A stretch of 63,958 nucleotides of DNA, the filler included, from Thraustochytrium aureum (taxonomy: Eukaryota), in NCBI GenBank assembly GCA_012862495.1. It is 6 parts of 4 records of this genome, joined end to end, with 100 filler letters (N's around TTAATTAATTAA, not from the genome) between each part and the next. Parts side by side here need not be neighbours in the genome. Positions count along the whole stretch, not along the records: positions 30,845 to 38,539 come from BLSG01000452.1; positions 38,640 to 58,619 come from BLSG01000452.1; 4 more parts are not named here. One strand, given 5' to 3'. Position numbers and translations under genes: made by a program. How positions within the stretch are numbered: the stretch's first letter is position 1; every line of letters begins with the position of its first letter. The notes beneath the pieces are model-generated. The model was given only the letters and a program-made list of their open reading frames with translations, was not told the DNA's origin and ran no database searches. This document shows positions 34,994-46,595 of this stretch, piece by piece.

Positions 34994-36346
34994 ATGGACG
35001 CGGCGGAGGCGGCGGCGGAGGCGAGCGCGTGGGAGGAATGGCTCGCGATCGACCTGGGCGAGCTGGACTGGGAGGCCGCTGGCGTGGTCTTGGACACGCC
35101 GGAGCTGGCGGGTGCGGCGGCTGGCGCCAGCGAGGTGGCCTCCTCCACGGCCAGCTCCGAGCTGAGCCTGACGACGACGCGCACGGCGAAGAGGAAGGCT
35201 GGCGGGGATAATGCTGCTGCGTGCAAGAGGCTGAGGCAGCGCAGGAGGATGGAGCGCGAGGAGACGAGGCAACGGATTAAGGCGCTGCTTTCGGAGCGAA
35301 GCCTGTTTTTGAACAGGATTGCTACGCTGCAGGGCGAGGTTGCCGCGGCGCGGCAAACTGGGTTTCTGGCCGACGAGAGGCTCAAGCGCGAGAACGAGCT
35401 TCTGAGGATGCAGGTCGTGCGCATGCGCGCCACGATGCAGCTTCTGATGAGTGGCATGGAGTCGGCCGAGACGATGTGCTCCGAGGCGGCCACGAGGGAG
35501 CTGCTCCGCGGGTGCCGCGAGGCAGCCGTGGCCCAAGTCCTTGGACTCTGGTACTCGAGCACCTTGCCGACATGGCACCAGCCCCCGACCATGTTCATCC
35601 AGTTTGGAACCTTTCGGCTTCCCGTCGAGGTTCGCTACCGCCTGCTCCCAGAGGGCTGCGCGTGGGCCGATGCGACGCGAATTAATGTGCGAATGGACTT
35701 TCCGGCCGCCCCCTTCCCCGCGGAAGCTCAGCACCTGCAATCATGGGGCGCCCTGAGCGACGCCGGCTTCCTCAATCGCGTGTACAGGGACCTCAACGTT
35801 TCTGCGCTTCAGTTTGACGAGGTTTCCGAGGCCACGGAGCGCTTTCCTTTCGCCGCAGAGGAGGGCGTCAGGATCATTGGATTCCGCTTTTGTTTCACAG
35901 ACAGCGATAAGGGCGTCAAGCTCCGTGAAAAGGGCGCGCTGCAAGAGATGCGTGCATACTGTGAAACGAAAATGCAGGTGCCGCCTTCCGCCCACGCTGT
36001 GGGAAGCCCAGCGCCAGCCGAGCCCGCTGAGTGCTGGGTCGGCTGTAGCATATCTGTGCCGCCGGAGGTGGCCCCGGAAAGCGTGGTCGGCCGTGACTAC
36101 GCCTCGATCAACGGCCAGCTCGTGCACAGCGTCCCGGGCGACCCGGGCAGTTCTGTGACAACCTCGCTGCTCTCCTCCTGCCTCTCGGGCAACTCGGTAG
36201 CGTACTGGGTTAACGAGGACGGCTCGCTCTCGGAAAAGTTTATCGAAAACGTCGGCCTCTTTGCCAAGGGCGTCGACGAGCACTCGCCGCAGCCCTGCGC
36301 AGCGGCCGACCAGAGCCCGCCAGGCGGCGAGACCTCGCACCGCTAA
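34994..36346 (+). CDS. bZIP-like transcription factor with C-terminal globular (possibly START/SRPBCC-like) domain
   Basis: Basic region KRKAGGDNAAACKRLRQRRR followed by leucine heptads (..LKRENELLRMQV) and a ~270 aa alpha/beta C-terminal region. Confidence 0.65.
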   Translation: MDAAEAAAEASAWEEWLAIDLGELDWEAAGVVLDTPELAGAAAGASEVASSTASSELSLTTTRTAKRKAGGDNAAACKRLRQRRRMEREETRQRIKALLSERSLFLNRIATLQGEVAAARQTGFLADERLKRENELLRMQVVRMRATMQLLMSGMESAETMCSEAATRELLRGCREAAVAQVLGLWYSSTLPTWHQPPTMFIQFGTFRLPVEVRYRLLPEGCAWADATRINVRMDFPAAPFPAEAQHLQSWGALSDAGFLNRVYRDLNVSALQFDEVSEATERFPFAAEEGVRIIGFRFCFTDSDKGVKLREKGALQEMRAYCETKMQVPPSAHAVGSPAPAEPAECWVGCSISVPPEVAPESVVGRDYASINGQLVHSVPGDPGSSVTTSLLSSCLSGNSVAYWVNEDGSLSEKFIENVGLFAKGVDEHSPQPCAAADQSPPGGETSHR

Positions 36347-36603
36347 TACAGCTCACTAAAGATACATTCTATCTGTTGACAGACAGGCCCTGCGCTTTCG
36401 CTGCCGACCTCTGCGAGGCCGACTTGGCCCGCGACGCGCGCTCGCAAACCTCTATTCTCGCGCACCGCTGGCGAGCGTGCATGGGCAGCGCGCCGGCCAG
36501 CCAGCCAGTCAGCCAGCCAGCAAAGGGTAGATCCATCCATCGATCGATCCATCGATCGATCCATCGACAGGTAGGTAGCCGCAGCGCACAGGCAGCCGCG
36601 GAC

Positions 36604-37395
36604 ATGCTGCGGCGCGCGGCGCGCGCCTCCAGACGGATTTCGCGGCATGGCGGCAAAATGGCCGGCTCGCGGCGCCTCGTCTCCACGTTCGAGCTGCTGA
36701 GGGAGCAGACGCCAAACCCGAAGAGCGTGCGGTTTGTCCCCGCGGACGGCCGCCTCGTGTTCCTCAAGGCCCCGGGCACGGTGGAGGTGGCTTTGAAGGG
36801 CGGCAAGGTCGTGGGCGACGACGAGGACGAAGGCGCGGCAGTTGTTGACGCCACGCTTGCGAGCTCCAGCATGGCCGACGAAGTGGCCGCCCTCGGTCGC
36901 GAGGTCCATCTTCTTGTCGGAGAGGGCTTTGTTTCCGCCACGGTTGCCGCCGAGGACGATGCCGAGTCTGCATTTGACCTCGTGCAAGCGGCCCTGCAAC
37001 GCGCGCTGGAGCGCGACCTCGGCGACGGCAAGTGGAGGGCCGTGTACGAGGCCAGTGACCTCGGGGGTAGCCTGCTGCGTCAAAGCCGAGCTGGCTCGGC
37101 GGAAGACGAGGGGGGCGAGCCGTCGCTGGCGCAGCAGATCGAGGAGGTCCTAGACGCCAATGTGCGGCCCAACTTGCAGAGCGACGGCGGAGACGTGCAG
37201 CTTCGCGGGATCGACCGCGGCGTCGTCAAGCTTCGGCTCGTAGGGTCGTGCCGCAGCTGTCCGTCGAGCACTGTGACGCTGCGCTTTAGCATCAAGAACT
37301 TGCTCACGCGCATGTTTGAAGAGGTCACGGACGTTGAGCAGGTCTTTGACGACGGCGACCTCGTCGAGGGCCGAGGCGAAGACTGGACTGGCTAG
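36604..37395 (+). CDS. NFU1: Mitochondrial Fe-S carrier NFU1
   Basis: Arg-rich presequence MLRRAARASRR; Nfu_N motif QTPNPKSVRF; NifU domain VRPNLQSDGGDV..VKLRLVGSCRSCPSSTVTL (CxxC). Confidence 0.92.
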   Translation: MLRRAARASRRISRHGGKMAGSRRLVSTFELLREQTPNPKSVRFVPADGRLVFLKAPGTVEVALKGGKVVGDDEDEGAAVVDATLASSSMADEVAALGREVHLLVGEGFVSATVAAEDDAESAFDLVQAALQRALERDLGDGKWRAVYEASDLGGSLLRQSRAGSAEDEGGEPSLAQQIEEVLDANVRPNLQSDGGDVQLRGIDRGVVKLRLVGSCRSCPSSTVTLRFSIKNLLTRMFEEVTDVEQVFDDGDLVEGRGEDWTG

Positions 37396-37595
37396 GCGCA
37401 GGCAACTCGCGTACGTGCTTGGCCCGGTGGGCAATGCTTGGCTGTGAGCCATTTCGGCAAGGAGGAGTGGAACGGAGCAGCGTTTGCCGAAGGGAACAGG
37501 CGGGTGGTTTTTCTTTCGGTACAGAGCAGGATGAGGTGAGGTGGGTGCTGGTTGGTCTAAAGCGCCAGGCGCTCGACTCAAACGCGACTTTAGCG

Positions 37596-38401
37596 TCATG
37601 CGTAGTAGTAGCCACCAGGGTCCTCGCGGTGCACCGGCTGCGGCACGATGCGGACGAGGAAGAAGCATAGCGCAGCATAGTTGACACCCATGAGCGTGAC
37701 AAAGACTGCGTAGGTCGTCGTGAGCGAGTCCACCTCGGTCTGGATGTACGAGTTCAGGTATGTCTGACAGGTCAACGTGTGACTGCAGCGCACCTCGGGC
37801 GGGTTTTGCGTGACCTCGGTGGTCGAGTCAAACCCGCAGCACGCGCCTTCGTTGGTGATATCCGAGATGAACGCCATGTACCGCCCGTCGGTGTCGTTGC
37901 CCCCAACCACGCGCGACACCACGTCGACCCACCCGTTGCGAAACTCTTTTTCCTGCACCCTGAGAAGGTCCGGGTGGCCTGCGCCGGACACGAGGACGAC
38001 GCAGAGGGCCTGGAATATTAGCAGGAAGAGGGCGAGGAGGAGGAACACCTTGACCGTGTTGCGGTACCTGTGGTAGGCACCGACAAAGCCGAGCAGCGCG
38101 ACGGCAGAAAACCCGGCGGACCCGGCCACGACTAGCGTGCCCGTGTTCTTGGCGCTCACGTACACGTTGGCGAACAGGACGTGGTCGTTGAGGACGGTCA
38201 TGGCCTGTGCAAGTAGAACACAACTAATCGTAAATAGCACCACCGAGGAGCCAAGCAGGATCAGCCTGTTGCATGCTAGCGTCTATGGCCCCTCCGTGTC
38301 AGCGGGGAGCGAGCCAGGCGCCGCTCTTTGCGCGAGCCGCAACTTACGGTGTGCAAGCTCTTGCACGACATCCAGCCGCGCCGGTCCTCCTCCTTGTCCA
38401 T
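37596..38401 (-). CDS. Tetraspanin-family protein; intron 38283-38347
   Basis: Three N-terminal TM helices (..ALLGFVGAY..), a large loop with CCG and two further Cys, then a fourth TM. The 65-nt intron GTAAGT..GCTGAC..ATAG joins the exons in frame. Confidence 0.8.
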
Positions 38402-38583
38402 CTTGCGCTGCCCTGCGCTGCGCTGCGCTGCCCGCCGCCCCGCCTCGCGTCCTCGCAGCCGCCTCGTGCGCCGCGCGACAGCACTGCCCGGTCCCCGAGC
38501 CCTTCGGAGGCTTTTGATGACCAAGCCCAAGAGCAGCCCNNNNNNNNNNNNNNNNNNNNNNNNNNNNNNNNNNNNNNNNNNNN

Positions 38584-38595
38584 TTAATTAATTAA
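38584..38595. other. Artificial scaffold linker TTAATTAATTAA
   Basis: Same linker flanked by N runs. Confidence 0.97.
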
Positions 38596-39161
38596 NNNNN
38601 NNNNNNNNNNNNNNNNNNNNNNNNNNNNNNNNNNNNNNNCGCCGCTCGGAGCGCGGCTTGGGCGCCATTCGAGCAAAGGAGAGCGCAGAGCTGGCGCTGT
38701 AGACCCCAGCGGAAGCATGGATGGAAAGAATCGGATCGTGTTGAGATCCCGTCTTTTGGCTGAGCGCCTCATTGTGGTAGCAGACTAGCTGCCAGCGTGC
38801 ATCGTTCGCGAGCCCCGCCGTTCTTGCTCGTCCATGTGGCGGTCCGCTTGCCGCCAAACCGATGGCCTGGTTGGCTGTGTACCCGAGCGTCTTGCCAAGT
38901 GAGCGCAGGTTGTGTCGTCTCCAGACTGGCGCCTGCCTGTTGTGCGAACGACCAGCGAAACGCGAGGCACTCAAACACCTGATGAAGGCATCTCGGGCTG
39001 ATCTGCTGACGCGGCGATGCCGGCCAATAACGAGCGCACTCTCTGTCATACTTGGGCTAATTCAGTACTTGGGTGTGGTTTGTTCGTTGTCGTCCGTGTG
39101 CGTTCGCTCCCACAGACCCTGAACGGACGCGCTCGCCCCGCTCGTCCTGGTCCTGGTCCTG

Positions 39162-39179
39162 TTGCTGCTGGCCCTGCTG

Positions 39180-39222
<43 letters not shown>
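39162..39222. repeat. (CTG)n microsatellite running into an N gap
   Basis: About 13 uninterrupted CTG units plus degenerate flanks. Confidence 0.9.
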
Positions 39223-39246
39223 NNNNNNNNNNNNNNNNNNNNGCAG

Positions 39247-42200
39247 ATGGATTTGAGCAGCAAAGTATGCCACGGCGTTTTCAGGGCCGTGAAAGGTCGG
39301 TCGCTCGTCGTCGGGGAGCCCCACAACGGTGCCGGCAACTATGGCGTCGGGCTCGGCGCGGCTGGCCGGGGCCTGCTCAAGTGCGACGACACCATCGCGA
39401 TGGGGGCGCCGACAGTGAAGAGGGCGATCCTCCACGGCGCGAAAGCGGCCTCGAAAGCCGCGGTCGAAGACGAGGCGGCGCCCAAACAAGGCACCCTCAT
39501 GGGCGTCTACCTGCCCGTCGTGACGTCGATGTGGGGCGTGCTGATCTTTATTCGGTTCGGCGTTGTCGCAGGATACACCGGGTGGGTGATGGCGATCGGG
39601 TTTTGCTTCCTCTCTGTGGCCGTGCAGTCGCTGACCACCCTGTCCTTGTGCACCGTCCTGAGCAACTCGCGCAACTACAAGGGCGGGAGCTTCGGGATCC
39701 TCAAGCGCAACCTTGGGGGCGAGCTGGCCGGCGTGGTGTGCCTCCTCTACTATCTCGGCATGACCTGCCTCGCCTCGATCGAGCTGTTGGGCTCTGTCCA
39801 AGCCCTGACCTACATCGTCAGCGCGACGACGACCCGCGAGAGCATCACCGGGAGCGAGTACTGGGACCAGGTCTCCGTTGGCGGGCCTCTCTTGATCATC
39901 CTGGCCGGCGTGCGCGCCTTTGACGTGCGCTTCGTGCACGGCATGACGGCCTTCATCCTGGTCGCCGTGCTCGCGAGCTTCTTCTTCGGGTTTCTCGGCG
40001 TCTTGCTCACCGCCGGCGACTGGCGCGGCACGCAGGGCAGCGTGCCAGGCGTGACGGGGCTCAGCCTGACCACGTTCATGGACAACGCCCTCCCAAACTG
40101 GGCGCTGCCAACGTGGTCGGCGGAGGAGCTCGACACGTACTTTCGCACGACGCCCGAGGCGGTGGCCTCGACACAAATCAAGAGCCCCGCGGCGGCCCTC
40201 GCCATCATGTTCCCCACGTTTCCTGGGCATCTTTCAGGGCGCCAACAAGGCCAGCGAGCTGGCGCGGCCCAACTCGAGCATCATCCGCGGGACGAGCTCG
40301 GCGCTGGCGACCAGCCTCGGGGTGTACTTGATGCTGTTTCTGCTGCTGAGCGCCGTCGCGGAGCGCGACGTGCTCAAAGTGGAGACGCTCATTTTCAGCA
40401 ACCTCGGGTGGCCCTCCGAGTTTGTCGGCCTCGTTGGGACTGTCCTTGTGGGCCTCGGCGCCTGCGTCTCGCTCCTCGAGATCGGGCCCACCATCCTGCA
40501 CGCCGTGGCCGAGGACGGCCTCTACTCGTTCCTGCAGTGGCTGCGCCTCCACGAGCGCAACGCGAACGGCGAGCCCGTCTTCGCGGTGCTTGTCAGCTTC
40601 ATCATCAACTTTCTGCTCTTGTTCGTGAGCACGGCCTACTTTGAGGCGCTCGCGTCGGTGGTGACCATGTTCTTCCTGCAGGCGTACGCGCAGATGCACC
40701 TCGCGCTCTTGCTCAACGAGTTCCAGCAGCATGCCTCGTGGCGGCCGCTCTTCCGCTACTTTCACTGGAGCACTGCGCTGATGGGGTTTCTCACCACGGC
40801 GGCGCTCATGCTGCTCATCAACTGGGTCATGGCCCTCATCACCATCTCGATCGCGGCCGTCCTCATGCTCATGGTCAAGATTGTGGAGGAGCCACGGCGC
40901 AAGGGCCTTGGCACGCGCGCTCTGGGCCAGGGCCGCGCGCTCGGGTTCCTGCTCACCGACGACATGGTCACACACCGCGAGCTTGTGCACGCGGAGGAAG
41001 CCGGCGAGCCAGGCGAGATCGACCACCACGACTTTTGGGAGCCGCAGGTGCTCTGCCTGCTCGAGGACCCGGACGACACCTCGCGGGAGCGCCAGCACTA
41101 CAAGCTTTTGCACCTCGCCGAGCAGCTCAGCAGCCGCGGCGTCTTGCCGCGGCTCGCCATCGTGGCCAGCTTGGTCCAGGCCGCAAAGTTCCGCCAGTCG
41201 AGCGTCCAGGTCAAGCACCGTATGCAGCTGCGCCTCTTCAAGCTCTGCTCAGCGGTCAACCTGCGCGCGTTTCCGCAGGCCGTGGTGGCCCCAACGACCT
41301 CGTCCCTGTGCGACAGCTACCTCCTGCTCATGCAGTCCGCCGGGCTTGGCTGCCTGCGACCCAACCTCGTCCTCGTCAACTGGACGAACGCAAACTTGCT
41401 GGAGATCATCCGCCACGCACGCTTCACCGAAAAGGTCATCGTCGTGCTCAAGGACACTGCGGCTCTCGGGCGCAAGCACCGCAAGCGCCGTACGGCCGGC
41501 GCGGCGGCGGGCGGTCAGGGCGGCAACAAGGCGGTGTCGCGCCACGGCACCTCAAGCGGGGGCGGCATGTCCACTGCCGCGCGCCTGGAGCAGCAGGCCA
41601 AGGCGCTCCTCGCCAAGCAAGAGGCAGAGCGCGACGCCAAANNNNNNNNNNNNNNNNNNNNNNNNNNNNNNNNNNNNNNNNNNNNNNNNNNNNNNNNNNN
41701 NNNNNNNNNNNNNNNNNNNNNNNNNNNNNNNNNNNNNNNNNNNNNNNNNNNNNNNNNNNNNNNNNNNNNNNNNNNNNNNCTCCGCGCAACAGCCAAGTTT
41801 TCGGCGCCGCCCCCTCGCTGCCCGACCCAATGCCTGCTGTGCTCGGGAAGAGCAGCAGCAGCAACAGCGCAACCAGCGAGGGGGGGCTCGGCAGCGAGGA
41901 CGGCGAAGGCGACGTTGAGCTGGGCAACGGCAGCCCGGGCCTCGTTGAAGTCGATGCAAACCCGAGCTCGGCGAGCCTCAACTCCACGAACAACGTGGGA
42001 ACTGCGTCGACGCGGCCTTCCTCGCAAGGGGCGCGGCCCGGGTCTTGGCGCTGGGACTTTGGCTCGGCGCACCGCAAGCACTCTCGCGAGCCCAGGTACG
42101 ACGTGGAGGAGGACGAGGACGAGTTCGACTCGTCGGACGAGGATGACGGCTTTGACGAGGACACGATCTTGGCGCTGGACACCATGGAGGACCTCGACTC

Positions 42201-42990
42201 GATCTACTTTAACAAGCGGCAGCGTCGCAAGCAGGCCACGCTCATGGCGCGAGTGGGGACGATCGACATCTGGTGGATCATCAAGAACGGCGGCCTCCCC
42301 GTGCTGCTGGCCAACGTGCTGCGCTCCCACCGTGTTTGGCGACGTTGCGAGCTGCGCGTTTTCGCGGTCGTGGAGGGCGCCAAGGTTTCGGACGTGCTCA
42401 CAACGCGGGCGACCGTGGAGGTCAAGCGCATGCTCGAGGCCATGCGCGTTCAAGCGGTGGTGGAGGTGATTCAGGTCAACCCCAAGACGCATGCAGTGGT
42501 GCGCACAACAATTGTGGACGAAGACGACGTCGAGGTGATCGATTCGAGGGACAACCTGGACGACCCGCACCACCACCACAACCAGCACCACCACACGCGG
42601 CACGGGGACAGGACACTGGAGCTTATCTTGGACCACGCCTTTGACGAGGACGACGACCGTCCCTTCCGCGCCTCGCACCACTCCAAGGTGCCGACGCTGA
42701 GCGAGATCTTCCCAGACACGTTTGGGCCGAGTAGCGAGGAGCACGAGCGCCGCGTGAAGAAGGCCCAGGCGCTGCGCGACAAGGCGCTGCACCTTTACCA
42801 CTCGCTGCTCCTTGAGCACTCGACGTACGCGCAGCTTGTCATCCTCAACCTGCCACACCCGAGCAAGGGCACGACCTCCAAGCAGTACCACCAGACGTTG
42901 CAGCGTCTTACCGACTCGCTCTCGCGCGTCATGTTTGTGCACTCGTGCCTGGACGATGACCAGCTCACCGACCAACTCGCGATGGCCTAG
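39247..42990 (+). CDS. SLC12 cation-chloride cotransporter (KCC/CCC1-like); frameshift near 40222 and one gap
   Basis: GTLMGVYLP..WGVLIFIRFG, GGSF..LGGELAG, FPTF-GI-QGANKASEL, SWRPLFRYFHW, WEPQVL, QSAGLGCLRPN, GTIDIWW..GGL, AQLVILNLP. Confidence 0.92.
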
Positions 42991-43251
42991 AGGGAGTAGC
43001 TCTGGAGGTGGGGGCAGGCGGAGCGAGTCGCGTCGTGTGAACGGGCGCCTCGCTTGAACCGCAAATGAAAGATATTTTGTGACCTACTCGGTGCCTTCTT
43101 GAAGTTCGATTCAGCCTTGCCAGGCGCATCCGAGGCACGCCACAGAGCAACCCAAGTCGCGTGCGCTCTGAACGGACGGACGCTTTCGATTGGTCGCTAC
43201 TGTAAGTACTCGCTTGCAAAACTATTCGACAATCAAAAACAAAGAAAAAAT

Positions 43252-44903
43252 TCACGATTGGCCTGTCTGCGCCGCCTTGGCCTCGAGAAGCTCTGCGCGG
43301 ACCTGCTTGAACCGCATCGCGCACTCCTTGGCGGTGCGGCCCGGAACGCCAGCAGCAATGCTTCGCCATTTCTCCTTGGGGTCTGGCAACTTGCCAAAGC
43401 GCTGCATGCCAGCCTCCAACAGGCGCTGCTCCTGCGGCGTCCAGGCCCGCGCCCCGCCGGCAGCGCTGGAGGAGCTCGAGCTCGCCGAGCCCGCGCCGTC
43501 CTGGGCTTTGATCCGGGTTGCTTTACTTGCGCAGTCGTTGGGCGAGCGGGTCACCCCTGACGGGCTCGACCCGTTGAGGTAGTTGGAGACCTGGAGCCAG
43601 CGCTCGCGGGTGCCGCCTGGGTAGCGCACGAGAGCCTTGGCGAGGAGCGAGAGCTCTTGGTCGGACCACTCGGCAGAAGACGTCGGTGCACATTGTCTTG
43701 CTGCGCCCCTCCGAGGCTGTCCAGCTGGGCCTGGCGCCGCTCCTGGCTCTTGCGCGCGAGGCGGCGCACCGAGACCTGGACTGCAGCTAGGTGCTCCGGC
43801 GAGGCGATGGCAGACGCGTCGCGCTCGAGCTGCTCGAGGCTGGCGGGCGACACGAACGCGCTCGCCCCGAGCGCGCGCAAATCTTGCTCCAGGCCCTCGG
43901 CGGCGTCCCGCTGGTTGTGCACTGAACATGCTTGCGAGAGCGAGAGGGCAATGGCGGCAGCGAGCTGCTTGCGTCGCGCCCTGTCGGCACGCTCGCGACT
44001 GGCTTGCTCGTCCGCGAGCCGCTGCTGCGCCTCGCGCTCGAGCCGCTCCTGAGCGGCGGCTTGCTCTTTCTTGCGGCGCTGCTCTGCGGCGCGCTGCTCG
44101 GCTTCGACGCGGCGCCGCTCTGCGGCGAGCTCGAGCCGGACTTGCTCCTCGCGCTCGCGCTCGGCCCGGACCCGCTCGGCGTCGCGGTCAGCTTGGTTCT
44201 CGGCGCGGCGCTCCAACACCCAGCGCGGCAACGTGTATGGGGCAACGAGGAGCTTGGCGACCAGGACGTCGGCGAGGCGTGGCCGCTTGAGAACGCCCTG
44301 CGCTTCGAGCTCGCTCAGCACGCGCGCCTCTGCGTCGGCGCGCTCGGCGAGCGCGCGTTGCGCAGCCATGGCCTTGTCCACCCTGTCCTTGGCAGGGTCG
44401 GCGCCGCGCTTCTTGTCCAGGAGCTGCTGGACCTGCTTGAGCACCACGGGATGAGCGCGCGCTGCGCGGCTGTACGCGTCTAGGGCGAGCTTGTGCTGCA
44501 GCGCCGAGATGGCCAGAACGAGCCCAAGGACGACGAGGCGCGCGTCGGTCTTGGTCTGGTACTTGGCCTGGTAGAATCTGAACTGGTTGTAGTAGTGCTG
44601 CTCGGGGTGCGCGAGGTAGTAGTCGTAGTCGGCCCTGCGCTCGGCGTTCGAGAGCACGTCGTGGGCCTCGTTGATGGCCATGAAGGCCTGGCTGGCCGCC
44701 TCGACGTCGCCGCCGGCCGCCGCCACGCGATCCGGGTGCTTGCTCATGCTCAGCTTGCGGTACGCGCGTTTGATCTCGCGCTCGGCGACGTCGGGCTCCA
44801 CGCCCAGCACCTCGTAGCAGTTGGCTTGGCCGCAGTACATGTCTTCCGCGCCGCTGGCCACGCCAACGACCAGCGCCGCGGCCGCCGCGAGAACGCGCCG
44901 CAT
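43252..44903 (-). CDS. Signal-peptide J-domain co-chaperone (DNAJC25-like N-half) with two C-terminal SANT/Myb domains; frameshift near 43690
   Basis: Signal peptide, YCGQANCYEVLGV, KRAYRKLSMSKHPD, TM helix and coiled coil. Then WSDQELSLLAKALVRYPGGTRERW and WTPQEQRLLEAGMQRF..KWRSIAAGVPGRTAKECAMRF. Confidence 0.85.
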
Positions 44904-45446
44904 GCCTGCTCGGGCAGGCCCCTACTCGGCAGGCCGCGGCTCGAGGCGGCTCTGGCGGGATACCGCGCAGCCCTCGTCGCCCTGCGTCCCTCGCCCCAGC
45001 GCCTGTCCGCGCGCGCAGCAGGCGGCCGATGCGGCATTGTCGCGGCATTCTCGCTTCTTTTCCTCGGCAGNNNNNNNNNNNNNNNNNNNNNNNNNNNNNN
45101 NNNNNNNNNNNNNNNNNNNNNNNNNNNNNNNNNNNNNNNNNNNNNNNNNNNNNNNNNNNNNNNNNNNNNNNNNNNNNNNNNNNNNNNNNNNNNNNNNNNN
45201 NNNNNNNNNNNNNNNNNNNNNNNNNNNNNNNNNNNNNNNNNNNNNNNNNNNNNNNNNNNNNNNNNNNNNNNNNNNNNNNNNNNNNNNNNNNNNNNNNNNN
45301 NNNNNNNNNNNNNNNNNNNNNNNNNNNNNNNNNNNNNNNNNNNNNNNNNNNNNNNNNCGAGCAGGAAGAAAGAGTACACGTTGCGGCGCGGACGCGCATG
45401 TTGTTCAAGGGTGCCGCGGCAGGCGGTCGAGCGGCCTGGCCGCCCA

Positions 45447-46595
45447 CTAGCTCTGCCGGATCAGGCTGCATCGGCGCATGAGTGCCTTGGGCGACGAGCC
45501 CTTGAGCTCGCGCGGGAGGTGCCGACGGATGAGGCTGAGGTCGCCGTGGAACTGCTGCGCGAGCTCGTTGAGGCGCACCTCGAGCTCGGGCGTCCAGCAG
45601 GTGGTCTTGTCCTTTTGGAAGGCCTGCAGCAGCGTCTTGTGGCGCGACTTGATCTGGTTCTCGGTGCGGTTTGGCAGATGCTGGCGGATCTTGGCCCACT
45701 GGTTGCCGATCTCGGCGTGCATGCCCCAGATGCAACGGTCCTCCTCCTCGGTCCAGGGGCCGCGGCTGATGGTCGGGTCGAGGCTGAGCGTGTAGCGTTC
45801 GCGGCACTGCTTTGCGGTGCGTCCCGGGATGTGCTTGGCAACGGCGGTCCAAGACACTTGGTCGGTGTTTTGTTCGAGGACGCGGGTCTTCAACACTCGA
45901 TCCTCCTCCGGTGTCCAGGGGCCCTTGACGAGGCCCGGTTGCAGGACCTTTTGCCAGCGCTGCGAGCACTGCCAGTGCGTGCGGCCCGGGACGAGCTCGG
46001 AGATGCGCTTCCAGGACCCGACGCCAAGCTCTTGCACGGCCTGCTCGAGAGCGCGGTCCTCCTTGGAGCACCAGGACCCGACTCGACGCTTTAGCCTGGG
46101 CTCCATGGTGGGCTCTGGCCGATTTCTTGTGAGTTGTGCGTCGTCTACTGAGCGTTTGCGCGAGGGCGGGGCGACTCGGCGCACCGTGAGGAGCATTGGT
46201 GCTGGGAGCGGTGGCGGCGCCTGGTCTCCTGCTGCTGCAGCTGCTGCTGCCGTCGCGGTGGCGTTGGGGTCTGCGAAGGCCCCGTCGAGCTCCTCTTGCG
46301 TGTAGCATTCGTCCAGGAAGGCGCTTGGGTCGGCCGGCGCGGCAGATGAGCAGGCCGTGCGTGAGAAGTGGTCTGCGGGAGAGGGCGGCGGGAGCGTGAG
46401 GTCGTCGGCGTCGTCCAGCGCTGAGCGTGGCGAGGGCGCCATGTCGACCCACGAGTCGTCGCTGACGAGCTCGCAGCCGTTCGACCAGACGGTGAGCGGC
46501 TCGTCGTCTTGGAGGAGGCAGTCCCCGTCGTCTTGGAGCAGGCAGTCTACGACTTCCTGGAACATGGTTTCCTCGAACGTCGCCTCGGTTGCCAT
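45447..46595 (-). CDS. R1R2R3-MYB transcription factor with a degenerate fourth repeat
   Basis: GSWCSKED..WKRISELVPGRTHWQCSQRWQKVL, KGPWTPEED..WTAVAKHIPGRTAKQCRERY, RGPWTEEED..GNQWAKI..LPNRTENQIKSRH, CWTPELE. Confidence 0.92.
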   Translation of the reverse strand: MATEATFEETMFQEVVDCLLQDDGDCLLQDDEPLTVWSNGCELVSDDSWVDMAPSPRSALDDADDLTLPPPSPADHFSRTACSSAAPADPSAFLDECYTQEELDGAFADPNATATAAAAAAAGDQAPPPLPAPMLLTVRRVAPPSRKRSVDDAQLTRNRPEPTMEPRLKRRVGSWCSKEDRALEQAVQELGVGSWKRISELVPGRTHWQCSQRWQKVLQPGLVKGPWTPEEDRVLKTRVLEQNTDQVSWTAVAKHIPGRTAKQCRERYTLSLDPTISRGPWTEEEDRCIWGMHAEIGNQWAKIRQHLPNRTENQIKSRHKTLLQAFQKDKTTCWTPELEVRLNELAQQFHGDLSLIRRHLPRELKGSSPKALMRRCSLIRQS

